From positions 96,001-160,000 of the forward strand of contig JANVYR010000002.1 in NCBI GenBank assembly GCA_030059665.1: a stretch of 64,000 nucleotides of DNA, read 5' to 3'. This DNA is from Candidatus Calditenuis fumarioli (GTDB lineage: Archaea > Thermoproteota > Nitrososphaeria_A > Caldarchaeales > Calditenuaceae). The notes under the pieces are model-generated. The model made no database searches. It was not told the DNA's origin and worked only from the letters and a program-made list of their open reading frames with translations. Positions 30,516-40,206 of this stretch are shown here, one piece after another (positions within the stretch are counted from its first letter, which is position 1; the number at the start of each line of letters is the position of its first letter). The translations under genes and the position numbers were made by a program.

Positions 30516-33344
30516 TCACCTGAAGGCCTGAAGCAGGCGCTCCTTCTCCGCCTCCATCAGCAGCTCGAAGAACCTCGGCGTCAGCCTGGGCTCGGCGCTG
30601 AGGATCCGCTCGGCGTCCTTCACGGTCAGGTTCCTCCCGACCAGCGCTACGATCGCAGCCTTCCCGTACCTCTCGATCAGCTCCGCCGTTTTCTCGGCCT
30701 CCCTCAGGACCCTCCTCTCCTCGGAGGAGAGGGATTTGCCGCGCTTGGCGAGGACGGACGAGAGCAGGTCCTCATCGGCCCTGAACAGGCCGAGCTTCCT
30801 GGAGCCGCACGCGGGGCACCTGGGCTGGGGATCGAGGGACCCGACGTCAGAACGTATGGCATCGGCCAGGCACTCGACGCAGATCAGGGTCACGCGCTCC
30901 GACATCAGCCTCCCCTTGACCATGTTCAGCACGACCCTGTGCACCCGCTCGGGTGCGAAGGTCTCGAACTCGTACAGGTACCTGTTGATGGTGAGGGCCG
31001 CTAGCGGGCTCGGAGCCGGCAGCCTCACGACCTTCACCGAGACCTCACCCCTGATGATCCGCTCCAGCTCCCTCCTCGTGCCGGGCCAGTCGTAGTCGGT
31101 GACCGAGGTGAATCTGAGGGCCTCCACGTAAGGTGCCGATCCCCTGAGGGCCTCGACCAGCTGCCTCGCGCTGACGTCGAGGAGGCTCGTCTCCTTCCCC
31201 ACAACGCCCATCTTCCTTGCCACGTGGATCAGCCTGCGCCTGAAGACGCCGGAGCCCTCGATGGCCCTCCTCATCAGATCCTCCGAAAGCAGCCTCGGGA
31301 TCGCCTCCACGACCGCCTCCGGCTCGAGCAGCTTCGACCTCAGCACTATCCTGTACGGATCCGACTGGACGGAGACCGGTGATCCCAGCTCCTCCGCGAG
31401 GTGCGTCACGAGAAGCCTCGCGATCGTCCTGTTGATCCTGAGGCCACCGCAGTGGTGGACGACCACGAACTCGCCCGCACCCTCCACCAGAACCTCCCTG
31501 TCGGTCGGGACCGGTATCCCCAGGTTGAGGTGCGCCTCGACCTCGGCAAGGGCCCTCCTCATGTCCTGCTCGGGGACCGAGTACTCGGCCGCCAGAACCG
31601 AGACCGCCGCATCGACGTCAACGCCAGACCTCCTCATCTCGGCGTACCTCCGCCTGATCGACCCGACCTCCTGCGCCACCTCAAACGGCACCGGGATCTC
31701 GTCACCGACCCAGGATGGGACCGCGCCCTCGCCCTCCCTGAGGGGTGCAACGTAGATCCGGTCGCCCGACAGGCTCAGGATGACCCAGGGCCTGCCTCCC
31801 AGGATGAAGCGCGTGCCGACCTCGCCGTACTCCGCGACGAAGCTCTCGTCCAGTATCCCCACCGGCTCGTTCGTCCCCTCCTCGACCACCAGGTACTGCC
31901 TCTCCTCCGGGATCATCGAGAGGTTGTCGAAGTAGTAGCTGTAGAGGACCTTCGGGTTCGGAGGTCTCGTGACCCGGTCTCCCTGGACCCTGAGGAGGCC
32001 GATGCTCGACGCGAAGGCCAGCACCAGATCCAGGTCCTCCTCCGGGAAGTCCCTGAAGTTGTAGGACGACCTCAGGAACCTCAGCAGCTCGTCCTTCCTG
32101 ACCTCGCCGTATTCTATCAGCAGCCCCGCTATCTGGTGAAGGGCCACGTCGAGCGGGTTCCTGACCACCTCGGTCGGCTCCAGCTCCATCGCCTTAGCCC
32201 TCCTCGCGATCGCCATCGCCTCCAGGGCGTCGTCCGAGTCCATCACGATCACCACCCCCTTCGACTCCTGTCCTATCCTGTGGCCGCTCCGGCCGACGCG
32301 CTGGACGAGCCTCGTCACCTCCCTCGGCGAGTTGTACTGGATCACCAGGTCCACCCTTCCCACGTCTATCCCCATCTCCAAGCTAGAGGTGCAGATCAGT
32401 CCCTTCAGGTCGCCGTACTTCAGGTCCCTCTCGGCCTCGAGCCGCCTGTCCCTCGAGAGCGAGCCGTGGTGTATCGTGACCGGGAAGGCCTCGTCGAGCG
32501 CCTTGAACCTGTTCGCGAGGATCTCGGCCAGAGGTCTCGTGTTGGTGAAGATCAGCGTGGACTGGTGGACCTCGACCAGCGCCCGGATCGCGTTGAGACG
32601 AGCCGCCACGTCCGGCGCCACCCCCAGGTACTCCGCCAGCTCCCTGTCCTCCGGCCCCGGAACCGGGAAGAGTATGGTGACCGAGAAGCCCTTCGGAAGC
32701 GGCACCCTGACGACCCTGCAGCTCCTCCCCGGGCCCACCAGGAACCTCGCGACCTCCTCCGCGCTCCCCACCGTCGCCGAGAGGCCTATGATCTGGAAGT
32801 CCCTGCCGGTGATCCGCCTGAGCCTCTCCAGCGCCAGCGAGAGCTGCGCCCCCCTCTTGTCGGTCGCCAGCTCGTGGACCTCGTCGACGATCACGTACCT
32901 GACGTTGGCCAGGTGGGACCTCAGCACCCTCCCCGTCAGGAGCGACTGGAGCGTCTCGGGCGTCGTGATCAGCAGCATCGGAGGCCTGAGCGTGTGGGCC
33001 CTCCTCTCCGAGGGCGCGGTGTCGCCGTGCCTTACGGCCACTGTCAGGTCGAGCCTCTGCGACCACCAGGCCATCCGCTCGAGGAGGTCCCTGTTCAGCG
33101 CCCTGAGCGGAGTGATGTACAGCGCCGCTACCGGTCTGAGGTCCCTGTTCACCAGGAGCTCGCTGAAGATCGGGAGCAGAGCGGCCTCCGTCTTGCCCGA
33201 GCCGGTCGGGGCCATCAGGAGCAGGTTCTCGCCGTTGAGGACGTGGGGTATCGTAGCCCTCTGGGTCTCCGCGAGCCCCCCGAACCTCTCGAGGACGGCC
33301 TCCCTCACCGGCTTCGCCAGCAGCTCCAGCGGGTCGGTCAGCAT
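30516..33344 (-). CDS. lhr: Lhr-family SF2 helicase
   Basis: APTGSGKTEAA, PLRALNRD, VDEVHE, GLSAT, HHGSL, QRVGRSGHR, C-terminal CxxC...CxxC. Confidence 0.93.
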   Translation of the reverse strand: MLTDPLELLAKPVREAVLERFGGLAETQRATIPHVLNGENLLLMAPTGSGKTEAALLPIFSELLVNRDLRPVAALYITPLRALNRDLLERMAWWSQRLDLTVAVRHGDTAPSERRAHTLRPPMLLITTPETLQSLLTGRVLRSHLANVRYVIVDEVHELATDKRGAQLSLALERLRRITGRDFQIIGLSATVGSAEEVARFLVGPGRSCRVVRVPLPKGFSVTILFPVPGPEDRELAEYLGVAPDVAARLNAIRALVEVHQSTLIFTNTRPLAEILANRFKALDEAFPVTIHHGSLSRDRRLEAERDLKYGDLKGLICTSSLEMGIDVGRVDLVIQYNSPREVTRLVQRVGRSGHRIGQESKGVVIVMDSDDALEAMAIARRAKAMELEPTEVVRNPLDVALHQIAGLLIEYGEVRKDELLRFLRSSYNFRDFPEEDLDLVLAFASSIGLLRVQGDRVTRPPNPKVLYSYYFDNLSMIPEERQYLVVEEGTNEPVGILDESFVAEYGEVGTRFILGGRPWVILSLSGDRIYVAPLREGEGAVPSWVGDEIPVPFEVAQEVGSIRRRYAEMRRSGVDVDAAVSVLAAEYSVPEQDMRRALAEVEAHLNLGIPVPTDREVLVEGAGEFVVVHHCGGLRINRTIARLLVTHLAEELGSPVSVQSDPYRIVLRSKLLEPEAVVEAIPRLLSEDLMRRAIEGSGVFRRRLIHVARKMGVVGKETSLLDVSARQLVEALRGSAPYVEALRFTSVTDYDWPGTRRELERIIRGEVSVKVVRLPAPSPLAALTINRYLYEFETFAPERVHRVVLNMVKGRLMSERVTLICVECLADAIRSDVGSLDPQPRCPACGSRKLGLFRADEDLLSSVLAKRGKSLSSEERRVLREAEKTAELIERYGKAAIVALVGRNLTVKDAERILSAEPRLTPRFFELLMEAEKERLLQAFR

Positions 33345-33452
33345 GATCCGCCAGAAGGTCTCCACGGCTTTGCTTTATCGCTGACCCGGTGACCGCCTCC
33401 GGGTCTCGCCTGGGATATGACCCCGCCCTCCCCGGATCCGCCGGTTCACATA

Positions 33453-33493
33453 GCGCTTGAACTCGGAGAAGGTCTGCGGCCCCTCAGGCGACG
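33453..33493. repeat. Inverted copy of serS coding segment 34341-34381
   Basis: 33453-33479 is the reverse complement of 34355-34381 at 26/27 nt; weaker gapped complementarity continues to 33493/34341. Confidence 0.9.
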
Positions 33494-33532
33494 ACATAGA
33501 GCCATATCCAGCCAGAGGGAGCGTAGGGGAAG

Positions 33533-35083
33533 ATGGCGGTAAGGACCAGGGCCAGGGGTAGCTACGTGCTCAGCGCCAGGCCGGAGCTTGCCGAGTCGGA
33601 GCTGAGGTCGCTCGCGGAGGAGGTCTCGGAGGCCCTGATGAGGGGTGTTCCGAGGGAGAGGGCCGAGGAGGGCGCTGCGCTACGTTCCCTCGAGCTGAGG
33701 GACAACAGGCTCGCCTTCGAGGTCGAGTGCGGCACGCTCGTCTGGGCCACCGACGCCGTGCTCCGGATGAGGAACGTCCTGGCAGAGCGCCTCGGCAAAA
33801 CCTACAGGATCGGCATCAGGGGAATTCAGGTGGACAGGCTCGAGGTGGTGATCTCCGGTGAGGCGGTGGACAGGGAGAAGGCCTCGGAGGAGCTGAGCGG
33901 TGTTGCCGAGGTCTCCGCCACCGACGGCGAGGTCGTCCTGGTCTTCTCGAACCTCACGGAGGCCGAGCTCCAGGACCGAGTCGTCGAGCGCGCAGTCAGG
34001 CGGGTCAGGGTCACCTCCGTCAAGGAGGAGATAGTGGTGCCTGCTACGTTCGGGACCGTGCTGAGGAGAGGCCCATCGAAGCCCCAGAAGGTGACGACCG
34101 ATGTCGGCGAGGTCGCCGAGTCGCTCGGCTGGATCAAGCGCTTCCCCGGAAGGGGCCAGTGGATCTACACGCCTCCGATGGCCGCACTGCTCAGGTCCAT
34201 CGTCAACCTGATCATAGAGAGGGTCTGTTTGCCGCTTGGCTTCCAGGAGTGGGTCTTCCCGAGGCTGCTGCCGATGGAGGTCTTCGAGAAGCTCTCCACC
34301 TACGTCGAGCACCTCCCCGAGGGCCTCTTCTACGTCTGCCCGCCGCCGAGGGACCCGCAGGCCTTCTCCGAGTTCAAGCGCGAGTACTCCCTCAGGAGGG
34401 AGCTGAGGGTTGACCTGCTGAGGTCGGTGCTGGAGGACCCGAGGTACGTGCTCGACGCGGTGCAGTGTCCCCCCTTCTACCAGTTCTTCAGCAACGAGTA
34501 CGTCCGGCTCGAGGACCTCCCGGTCAAGGCCTTCGACGTGATGGGCGGGTGGACCTGGAGGAACGAGGCCGGTGGCGTCGAGGGGATCGTCAGGACCAAC
34601 GAGTTCCTCAGGATGGAGATGGTCTTCCTCGCCTCGCCGGAGGACGCGGTGGAGCTGAGGGACGCCATCGTCGACAGGGTGGTGGAGGTGGTCGACAAGG
34701 AGCTCGACCTGGAGTGGCGCGTCGTGGCCGGAGCGCCCTTCTACCTCTCACCCGAGGAGGCGAGCAAGCGCGTGATCGACGTCTCCACCAGCGCCAAGAT
34801 ACCAACGCTCGACGTGGAGGTATACCTGGAGTACAGGGGGCCGAGGGAGACCGCCGAGTGGCTCGAGATAACGGCGGCCACCGTCCACAGGGACTTCTAC
34901 GTAAACGCCTTCAGGATAAGGGAGGTGAAGGGAAGGAGGATATGGACCGGTTGCGTCGGTCACGGCATCACCCGCTGGGCGGCCGCGTTCCTCGCGAGGC
35001 ACGGCTTCAACCCCGAGGACTGGCCCAAGCCGATCCGCTCGCAGCTGAGGTACGAGCCCAAGCCTCCCAAGACGGTGAGGTGA
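33533..35083 (+). CDS. serS: Seryl-tRNA synthetase, methanogen-type (type 2, Zn-dependent)
   Basis: Long N-terminal domain, VQCPPFY, WRNEAGGVEGIVRTNEFLRME, TGCVGHGITRW (Cys/Glu/Cys Zn ligands). Confidence 0.9.
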   Translation: MAVRTRARGSYVLSARPELAESELRSLAEEVSEALMRGVPRERAEEGAALRSLELRDNRLAFEVECGTLVWATDAVLRMRNVLAERLGKTYRIGIRGIQVDRLEVVISGEAVDREKASEELSGVAEVSATDGEVVLVFSNLTEAELQDRVVERAVRRVRVTSVKEEIVVPATFGTVLRRGPSKPQKVTTDVGEVAESLGWIKRFPGRGQWIYTPPMAALLRSIVNLIIERVCLPLGFQEWVFPRLLPMEVFEKLSTYVEHLPEGLFYVCPPPRDPQAFSEFKREYSLRRELRVDLLRSVLEDPRYVLDAVQCPPFYQFFSNEYVRLEDLPVKAFDVMGGWTWRNEAGGVEGIVRTNEFLRMEMVFLASPEDAVELRDAIVDRVVEVVDKELDLEWRVVAGAPFYLSPEEASKRVIDVSTSAKIPTLDVEVYLEYRGPRETAEWLEITAATVHRDFYVNAFRIREVKGRRIWTGCVGHGITRWAAAFLARHGFNPEDWPKPIRSQLRYEPKPPKTVR

Positions 35084-35088
35084 GGGCG

Positions 35089-36309
35089 ATGGAGGAGCTG
35101 ATAGAGGCCCTCTCAAGCGGATCCCTCAGGCTCCACGAGCTCGACGTCAAGCTCGGCTCGAAGGAGGCAACACGCGTCAGGAGGTCCTTCCTGGAGCGCG
35201 TCACCGGTGCAGACCTCTCCGCCCTCGACGCTGACCTCCCCTACGACCAGATCGTCGGGAGGAACTGCGAGAACACCATCGGTGCGGTCGCGATACCTGT
35301 GGGGGTTGCTGGGCCGCTTCCGGTCGAGGGCTCCGACTTCAGGAGGGAGGTCTACGTCCCGCTGGCCACAACTGAGGGCGCCCTAGTCGCGACGGTCAAC
35401 AGGGGAGCGTCCGCGATCAGGAGGTCAGGCTGGGTCAGGAGCAGGACCCTCTCCGACAGGATGACCAGAGCGCCGGTCCTCGAGACGCCTGACCTCGACC
35501 ACAGCATCGAGCTGGCCCGCTGGGTCGAGCAGAACCTCGAGCGTCTCAGGTCGGCCTTCAGGTCCACCACCTCCCACGGCGACCTGATCAGGGTCGTCCC
35601 GTTCGTCGTCGGCAAGTACGTCTTCCTCAGGATGGAGGCATCAACTGGCGACGCGATGGGGATGAACATGGTGACCCGCGGAGCCCAGCGTGTCGTGGAG
35701 GAGCTTCTTCGGGAGTTCCCGTGGCTGAGGCACGTCTCCGTCAGCGGCAACCTCTGCACCGACAAGAAGGCGACCTCCGTCAACTGGATCATGGGTAGGG
35801 GCAAGTCGGTCTCGGCCGAGGCCGTGATCAGGCGTGACGTGGTGTCCTCTGTCCTGAAGACGACGCCCGAGGCGATCGAGAGGGTCGTGCGGGCCAAGCT
35901 CCACCTCGGCTCCGCCAGGGCAGGGACCATCGGAGGGTTCAGCGCCCACATAGCCAACGTGATCGCGGCCGTCTTCATCGCCACCGGTCAGGACCCCGCT
36001 CAGGTCGTCGAGTCCAGCATGGCCATAACCTACGCTGAGGTGACCGAGTCCGGAGACCTCTACCTCTCCGTCACGTTACCGAGCCTGGAGGTGGGAACCG
36101 TCGGCGGTGGGACCTGGTTGCCTGCTCAGAGGGCGGCCCTGGCGCTGATGGGCGTCGCTGGATCCGGTGACCCGCCCGGAACGAACGCGAGGAGGTTCGC
36201 CGAGATCGTCGCTTCGGCAGCGCTGGCCGGTGAGCTCTCGCTGCTCGCAGCCCTCTCTTCGCACCACCTCGTCGAGGCCCACGAGAGGCTCGGAAGGGCC
36301 AAAAGGTGA
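35089..36309 (+). CDS. hmgA: HMG-CoA reductase (class I, NADPH)
   Basis: CENTIG, TTEGALVA, TGDAMGMNM, GTVGGGT; ATG at 35089. Confidence 0.95.
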   Translation: MEELIEALSSGSLRLHELDVKLGSKEATRVRRSFLERVTGADLSALDADLPYDQIVGRNCENTIGAVAIPVGVAGPLPVEGSDFRREVYVPLATTEGALVATVNRGASAIRRSGWVRSRTLSDRMTRAPVLETPDLDHSIELARWVEQNLERLRSAFRSTTSHGDLIRVVPFVVGKYVFLRMEASTGDAMGMNMVTRGAQRVVEELLREFPWLRHVSVSGNLCTDKKATSVNWIMGRGKSVSAEAVIRRDVVSSVLKTTPEAIERVVRAKLHLGSARAGTIGGFSAHIANVIAAVFIATGQDPAQVVESSMAITYAEVTESGDLYLSVTLPSLEVGTVGGGTWLPAQRAALALMGVAGSGDPPGTNARRFAEIVASAALAGELSLLAALSSHHLVEAHERLGRAKR

Positions 36310-36359
36310 GCCGTTGAGGCCATAGGAGGCTGCCACTCCCTACCGCTGCGTTCGGAAGA

Positions 36360-36654
36360 CGGGGACGAGCGGCCCGTAGCCCTCCTTCCGTTTTAGGCGG
36401 GATCCGTCTTCTCGGTCCGGGGGCTCGACGGTGGGGCTCACCGCCCCCCTCCTTTCTCCGCCCGGGACGCCCGTTTCATCCGGTCTCCGGCCGTCGTCGA
36501 CGGCATCCCCGCGTCCTCCCGCATCCGGCCGGAGGGGTCTCGTTTCTGTGGCGTTGCCAGGGGTCGCCCCCTGCACCTCGCGGTGCCGGGCCCACCGTCG
36601 GAGGGAGGAACTTCCCCGGGAGCTCCCCGAGGCCCGCCCAGCCGCTCGTCCCCG
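36360..36654 (-). ncRNA. rnpB: RNase P RNA
   Basis: Perfect 14-bp P1 helix (36360-36373 with 36641-36654); conserved-region-like GGGGAAGUUCC, CACAGAAAC, GAUGAAAC and AAAACGGAAGGAGGGCUA on the minus strand. Confidence 0.9.
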
Positions 36655-36740
36655 AGTTCACTCGCTCCCCGTCCTCGATAAGGTTTGCTCGCAGGGGCCC
36701 GTCCACAACCCCGCTCGGGCCTATGCGTCGGAGAGCTGGT

Positions 36741-37667
36741 TCAGACGCCCCTTCCCGGAAGAGCGCAGTCGGTCCCGGAGAGCTGGACCTCGACCCGCTC
36801 CTGAGCCTTCGGCGTCGCCACCCGCTCCTCCGCCGCCTCTCCCTCTCCCTTCCTCCTGACCTTCACCCCCCTGATCCTCGCGACGATCTCGGTGATGACC
36901 GAGAGGGCCACCTCCTCCGGAGTGTAGGCACCGATGTCGATGCCCGCCGGTGCGCTGAGGCCCCTGATGAAATCCTCGGGCACGCCCCTCGATCTCAGCT
37001 GCTCCACGTCGTGGGCAACCCTCTTCCTGCTCGCCACGAGGCCGACGTATCCCACCTTCTTCCTGGACAGCTTCTCGAGGACCTCCACGTCCCTCCCTCC
37101 CTTCGTCAGCACCACGACGTAGTCCCGCTCGCCCAGGTCGAGGGAGCCGATGTCGAAGTCGAGGTCTGTGATCAGAACGTCCGGCTTGTTGGTCAGGACC
37201 GGTGACGGGTTGATCGACCATGTCTCGAACCCCAGGACACGGCCGAACTGGATCAGGGCCTCCTCCACGTCGTCCCTCCCTCCCTGCGCCACGATTATCA
37301 GCCTCCTCTTCGGCAGCCTCGGCTCGATGAAGATCTCGAGCTTCCCTCCGCAGAAGGTCTCGACGAAGACCTCGTCCTCCAACGCGGGCCTTTCGGACAT
37401 CATCCTGATCGAGTCCTCAGGCCCTACGAGGTGGACCGTAAGGATCCTAGGGCTCTCCCGCTTGATCGCCTCGAGCGCCGCGCTCACCACGGGGCCCTCG
37501 GGACACACACCTCCGAGCGAGCCGTAGACGATGTTGCCCTCCCCGTCGACGACGATCTTGAAGCCCGGCTTGGAGATCGATGAGCCCTCGACCCTGATGA
37601 CCGTGGCTATGGCGTACGGTTTCCTCCGCGACTCGAGGTCGTGAATGACCTCGCCGAACCCGCGCAA
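36741..37667 (-). CDS. XdhC/CoxI-family molybdoenzyme maturation factor
   Basis: GSLGGVCPEG, TFCGGKLEIFIEP, YVGLVASRKR, APAGIDIGAYTPEEVALS. Confidence 0.9.
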   Translation of the reverse strand: MRGFGEVIHDLESRRKPYAIATVIRVEGSSISKPGFKIVVDGEGNIVYGSLGGVCPEGPVVSAALEAIKRESPRILTVHLVGPEDSIRMMSERPALEDEVFVETFCGGKLEIFIEPRLPKRRLIIVAQGGRDDVEEALIQFGRVLGFETWSINPSPVLTNKPDVLITDLDFDIGSLDLGERDYVVVLTKGGRDVEVLEKLSRKKVGYVGLVASRKRVAHDVEQLRSRGVPEDFIRGLSAPAGIDIGAYTPEEVALSVITEIVARIRGVKVRRKGEGEAAEERVATPKAQERVEVQLSGTDCALPGRGV

Positions 37668-37746
37668 CCCGCTCCCTTCTCCTCACGGCCCGTAAAATCC
37701 TTTGCCTCTCGCTCCACGATCCCGTTGCGGCCCGGAGGCTGAGGGT

Positions 37747-38160
37747 CTAGGGGCATTCTCCCATGAGCTTTGTTACTAGAGCGTGTATTTCCTTCGCCAA
37801 GGCGAGCGCCTCGTCCGCGTCCTCCTTGTCATAGAGTTCCTCAGGCGTCGCCCCGCTCTCCTCGTCTCCGTACATCGAGGGTTCCCTCTCCCTCCTCAGC
37901 CTCCTGGATATCCTCGCGACCCTCCTCACCTCCCTTCGGAACCAGTCAGGAAATCGATCCGATTCCCTCACCAGCAACGGCCCCACGTCGTGCCATTTCG
38001 GAGGCTCGAGGCCAACGTACCTCAGGGCGGCCTTCAGAAGCAGCTCGACGGCCTCTTGGGACTGCCTGACGACGTACGGATAGTTCCCGCTCTGCAGGGC
38101 CTCGGCCGCGTGGCGGAGCCTCTCCTCCGCCTGCCTTACGTACGACCTGGCCATCTCCAT
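37747..38160 (-). CDS. HEPN-domain protein
   Basis: SQEAVELLLKA, PKWHDV, REPSMYG; paired with an MNT. Confidence 0.88.
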   Translation of the reverse strand: MEMARSYVRQAEERLRHAAEALQSGNYPYVVRQSQEAVELLLKAALRYVGLEPPKWHDVGPLLVRESDRFPDWFRREVRRVARISRRLRREREPSMYGDEESGATPEELYDKEDADEALALAKEIHALVTKLMGECP

Positions 38161-38165
38161 GTTGT

Positions 38166-38672
38166 TCAGATCTCTATCACCTCACCGAACCTGTAGTCGC
38201 GCTTCAGCCTCCAGTACCATCTCCGCCCGACCCTGACCCTCTCGGCTCCGAGCTCGCGGAGCCTCTCCCTCAGCCTGTTCAGGACGCCCTCGAAGAACCC
38301 ATCACGGTCGTAAAGGATCACGGCGTCCTCGACCATGTCGAGGTATAGCGGCGAGAACCTCGCAGCCTCCTCCGGCGTCTTCAGGATCGGCGAGAAGTCG
38401 GGGTTCAGCCCGAGGGAGCGTAGACGGTCAATGACGTCCTCCAGCGTTTCCTCCACCTCCATGAACTCGTCCTGCCTCCGGAACCTGCTCCGAGGAAGTC
38501 CCTCCACCACGACCAGCAGGTCGATGTCGCTCCCGGGACCGGCCTCACCCCGGGCCACCGATCCGAAGACGACGAGCGAGACCAGCCTCTCTCCCCACCG
38601 CCTCCTCATCTCCTCGAGCAACCTCCTCAGGAGCGATGCGTAGGGTTCCTGTAGTCTCCGACCTTCCACCAA
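38166..38672 (-). CDS. Minimal nucleotidyltransferase (MNT)
   Basis: VFGSVARGEAGPGSDIDLLVV. Confidence 0.9.
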   Translation of the reverse strand: MVEGRRLQEPYASLLRRLLEEMRRRWGERLVSLVVFGSVARGEAGPGSDIDLLVVVEGLPRSRFRRQDEFMEVEETLEDVIDRLRSLGLNPDFSPILKTPEEAARFSPLYLDMVEDAVILYDRDGFFEGVLNRLRERLRELGAERVRVGRRWYWRLKRDYRFGEVIEI

Positions 38673-38747
38673 CAGCCTCCCACCGTCATCTCTTGTCGCG
38701 AGCACGTTAAAAATAGTGCTGGCTTCGTGATTCAAATCAGCCTTCGC

Positions 38748-39827
38748 TCAAGTGGGGGCGCGGACCTGCAGGGCCTTCGAGACGAGGGCGATGGCCAGCG
38801 CTGCGATGCTTACGGCGTTGAGCGCAACGCCCAGCTTGTAAGCTGCGAGGAGGCCCATCAGGATGCCGGCGAACCTGAGGGCGAGGGACGGCGTGAGCAG
38901 AAGGGTCGACGCGTAGAGCCAGCCGGTGAAGACCGGCCTCCTGATGCCCGCGAGCGCCGGGAGGATCAGAGGGGCGTGGGCCACGATCGCGTGGAACACG
39001 AACCCCAGGTAGAACGAGTGGACCCTGATCTGGACTGGCAGGTCGAGCGCTGCGGCGGCCATGTGGAAGACTCCGGATGCTGCGAGCCAGGCGTAACCGA
39101 GGAGCGTGTTCACCGCGACGTACCTGTGCAGTCCTCCTGCCCCGATTCCTGCCCTCACCGCGGGGTCGCCCCTCATCAGCCAGATCCCAACGGCCGTCAG
39201 CACCGCACCGAACGCCGGCAGCACCTCATGCCGCAGGATCGAGAGCGAACTAGTCAGCACCGCGAGCAGCAGGAGGATCACGGCAGGTCGCCACCCTGCC
39301 GTGCGGGGCCCTCCGGGCCTCAGTCGTTGGAACGACGCGGTGAGCTCGGCCCTCTCGCCCGCTATGACCAGCAGGGGAAAGCACATCAGAAGCGGGAGGA
39401 CCTGAAGGACCGGCAGGCCCAGCGCGAGCAGCACGGAGGAGAGCACCAGCGCGACGAACCCACCCGCGATGAGCCCGAGCGCGACCGACCCGTACCTGCC
39501 GTAATCCCTCAGCGATGAGGCAGCGGCCACCGCCGAGCCAGCAGCTGCGAGGGCACCGGCCGACGGGGAAGCCGGTGGGACGAGGGAGATGAGTCCGGAG
39601 GCGGCGATCAGCAGCGGCCCCACCAGCAGCGGGCTGTTGGGCCCTGACCGCTCGAGGGCTATGAGCGAACCGAGCACGGCCACCGTCATCAGGAGCTCGT
39701 GCGAGATCGACACCTGCGGAGGGACCGGTAAGAGCCCCGATCTGCCGATGCCGCCGATCACACCGAGCAGCGCCGCAACGGCAGCCACCGGTAGCAGAAG
39801 CCTCCTGGGTTCCCGCACGGATGCCAC
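38748..39827 (-). CDS. Polytopic membrane protein (NnrS-like, His-containing helices)
   Basis: About ten hydrophobic segments; HELLMTVAVLGSLIALER and VHSFYLGFVFHAIVAHAP. Confidence 0.55.
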   Translation of the reverse strand: MASVREPRRLLLPVAAVAALLGVIGGIGRSGLLPVPPQVSISHELLMTVAVLGSLIALERSGPNSPLLVGPLLIAASGLISLVPPASPSAGALAAAGSAVAAASSLRDYGRYGSVALGLIAGGFVALVLSSVLLALGLPVLQVLPLLMCFPLLVIAGERAELTASFQRLRPGGPRTAGWRPAVILLLLAVLTSSLSILRHEVLPAFGAVLTAVGIWLMRGDPAVRAGIGAGGLHRYVAVNTLLGYAWLAASGVFHMAAAALDLPVQIRVHSFYLGFVFHAIVAHAPLILPALAGIRRPVFTGWLYASTLLLTPSLALRFAGILMGLLAAYKLGVALNAVSIAALAIALVSKALQVRAPT

Positions 39828-39880
39828 CTCGAGGTACGTCAGGGAAGACCTTTTCGTCGAGACAACGGAGTGGGGGCGGC

Positions 39881-40180
39881 TTGGTCGGTGACAGGCTGAG
39901 GGCTGTGGTGAGGAGGGAGGTGGTGCGGCTGATGGAGCTGGCCCTGAGCACGGAGGACGAGGTCCTGAGGGAGGCCGCGGTCCGCCACGCGGTGACCCTC
40001 TGCAGACGCACGAGGACCAGGATGCCCAGGCCCTACGCCAGGCTGATCTGCAGGAGGTGCCTCAGCCTCTACCGTTTCTCGGAGGGTTCCAGGTTCAGAG
40101 TCAGGGCCGGAAGGGGGAAGAGGGTGGTGGTGACGTGTGGCAAATGCGGCGCCGTCAACAGGGTGCCGATCGAGCCGTGA
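39881..40180 (+). CDS. rnp4: RNase P protein component 4 (Rpp21)
   Basis: ICRRC...VVVTCGKCG zinc ribbon preceded by a helical hairpin; TTG start inferred. Confidence 0.88.
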   Translation: MVGDRLRAVVRREVVRLMELALSTEDEVLREAAVRHAVTLCRRTRTRMPRPYARLICRRCLSLYRFSEGSRFRVRAGRGKRVVVTCGKCGAVNRVPIEP

Positions 40181-40206
40181 GGGCCGCTCCACCGCGATGC
40201 TCCACC

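Noticed and set aside
31401-33392. Long antisense ORFs (e.g. 663 aa opposite lhr, 514 aa opposite rpoA, 380 aa opposite tyrS)
   Set aside because: Shadow frames from high-GC codon bias opposite well-supported genes; low-complexity translations with no motifs.
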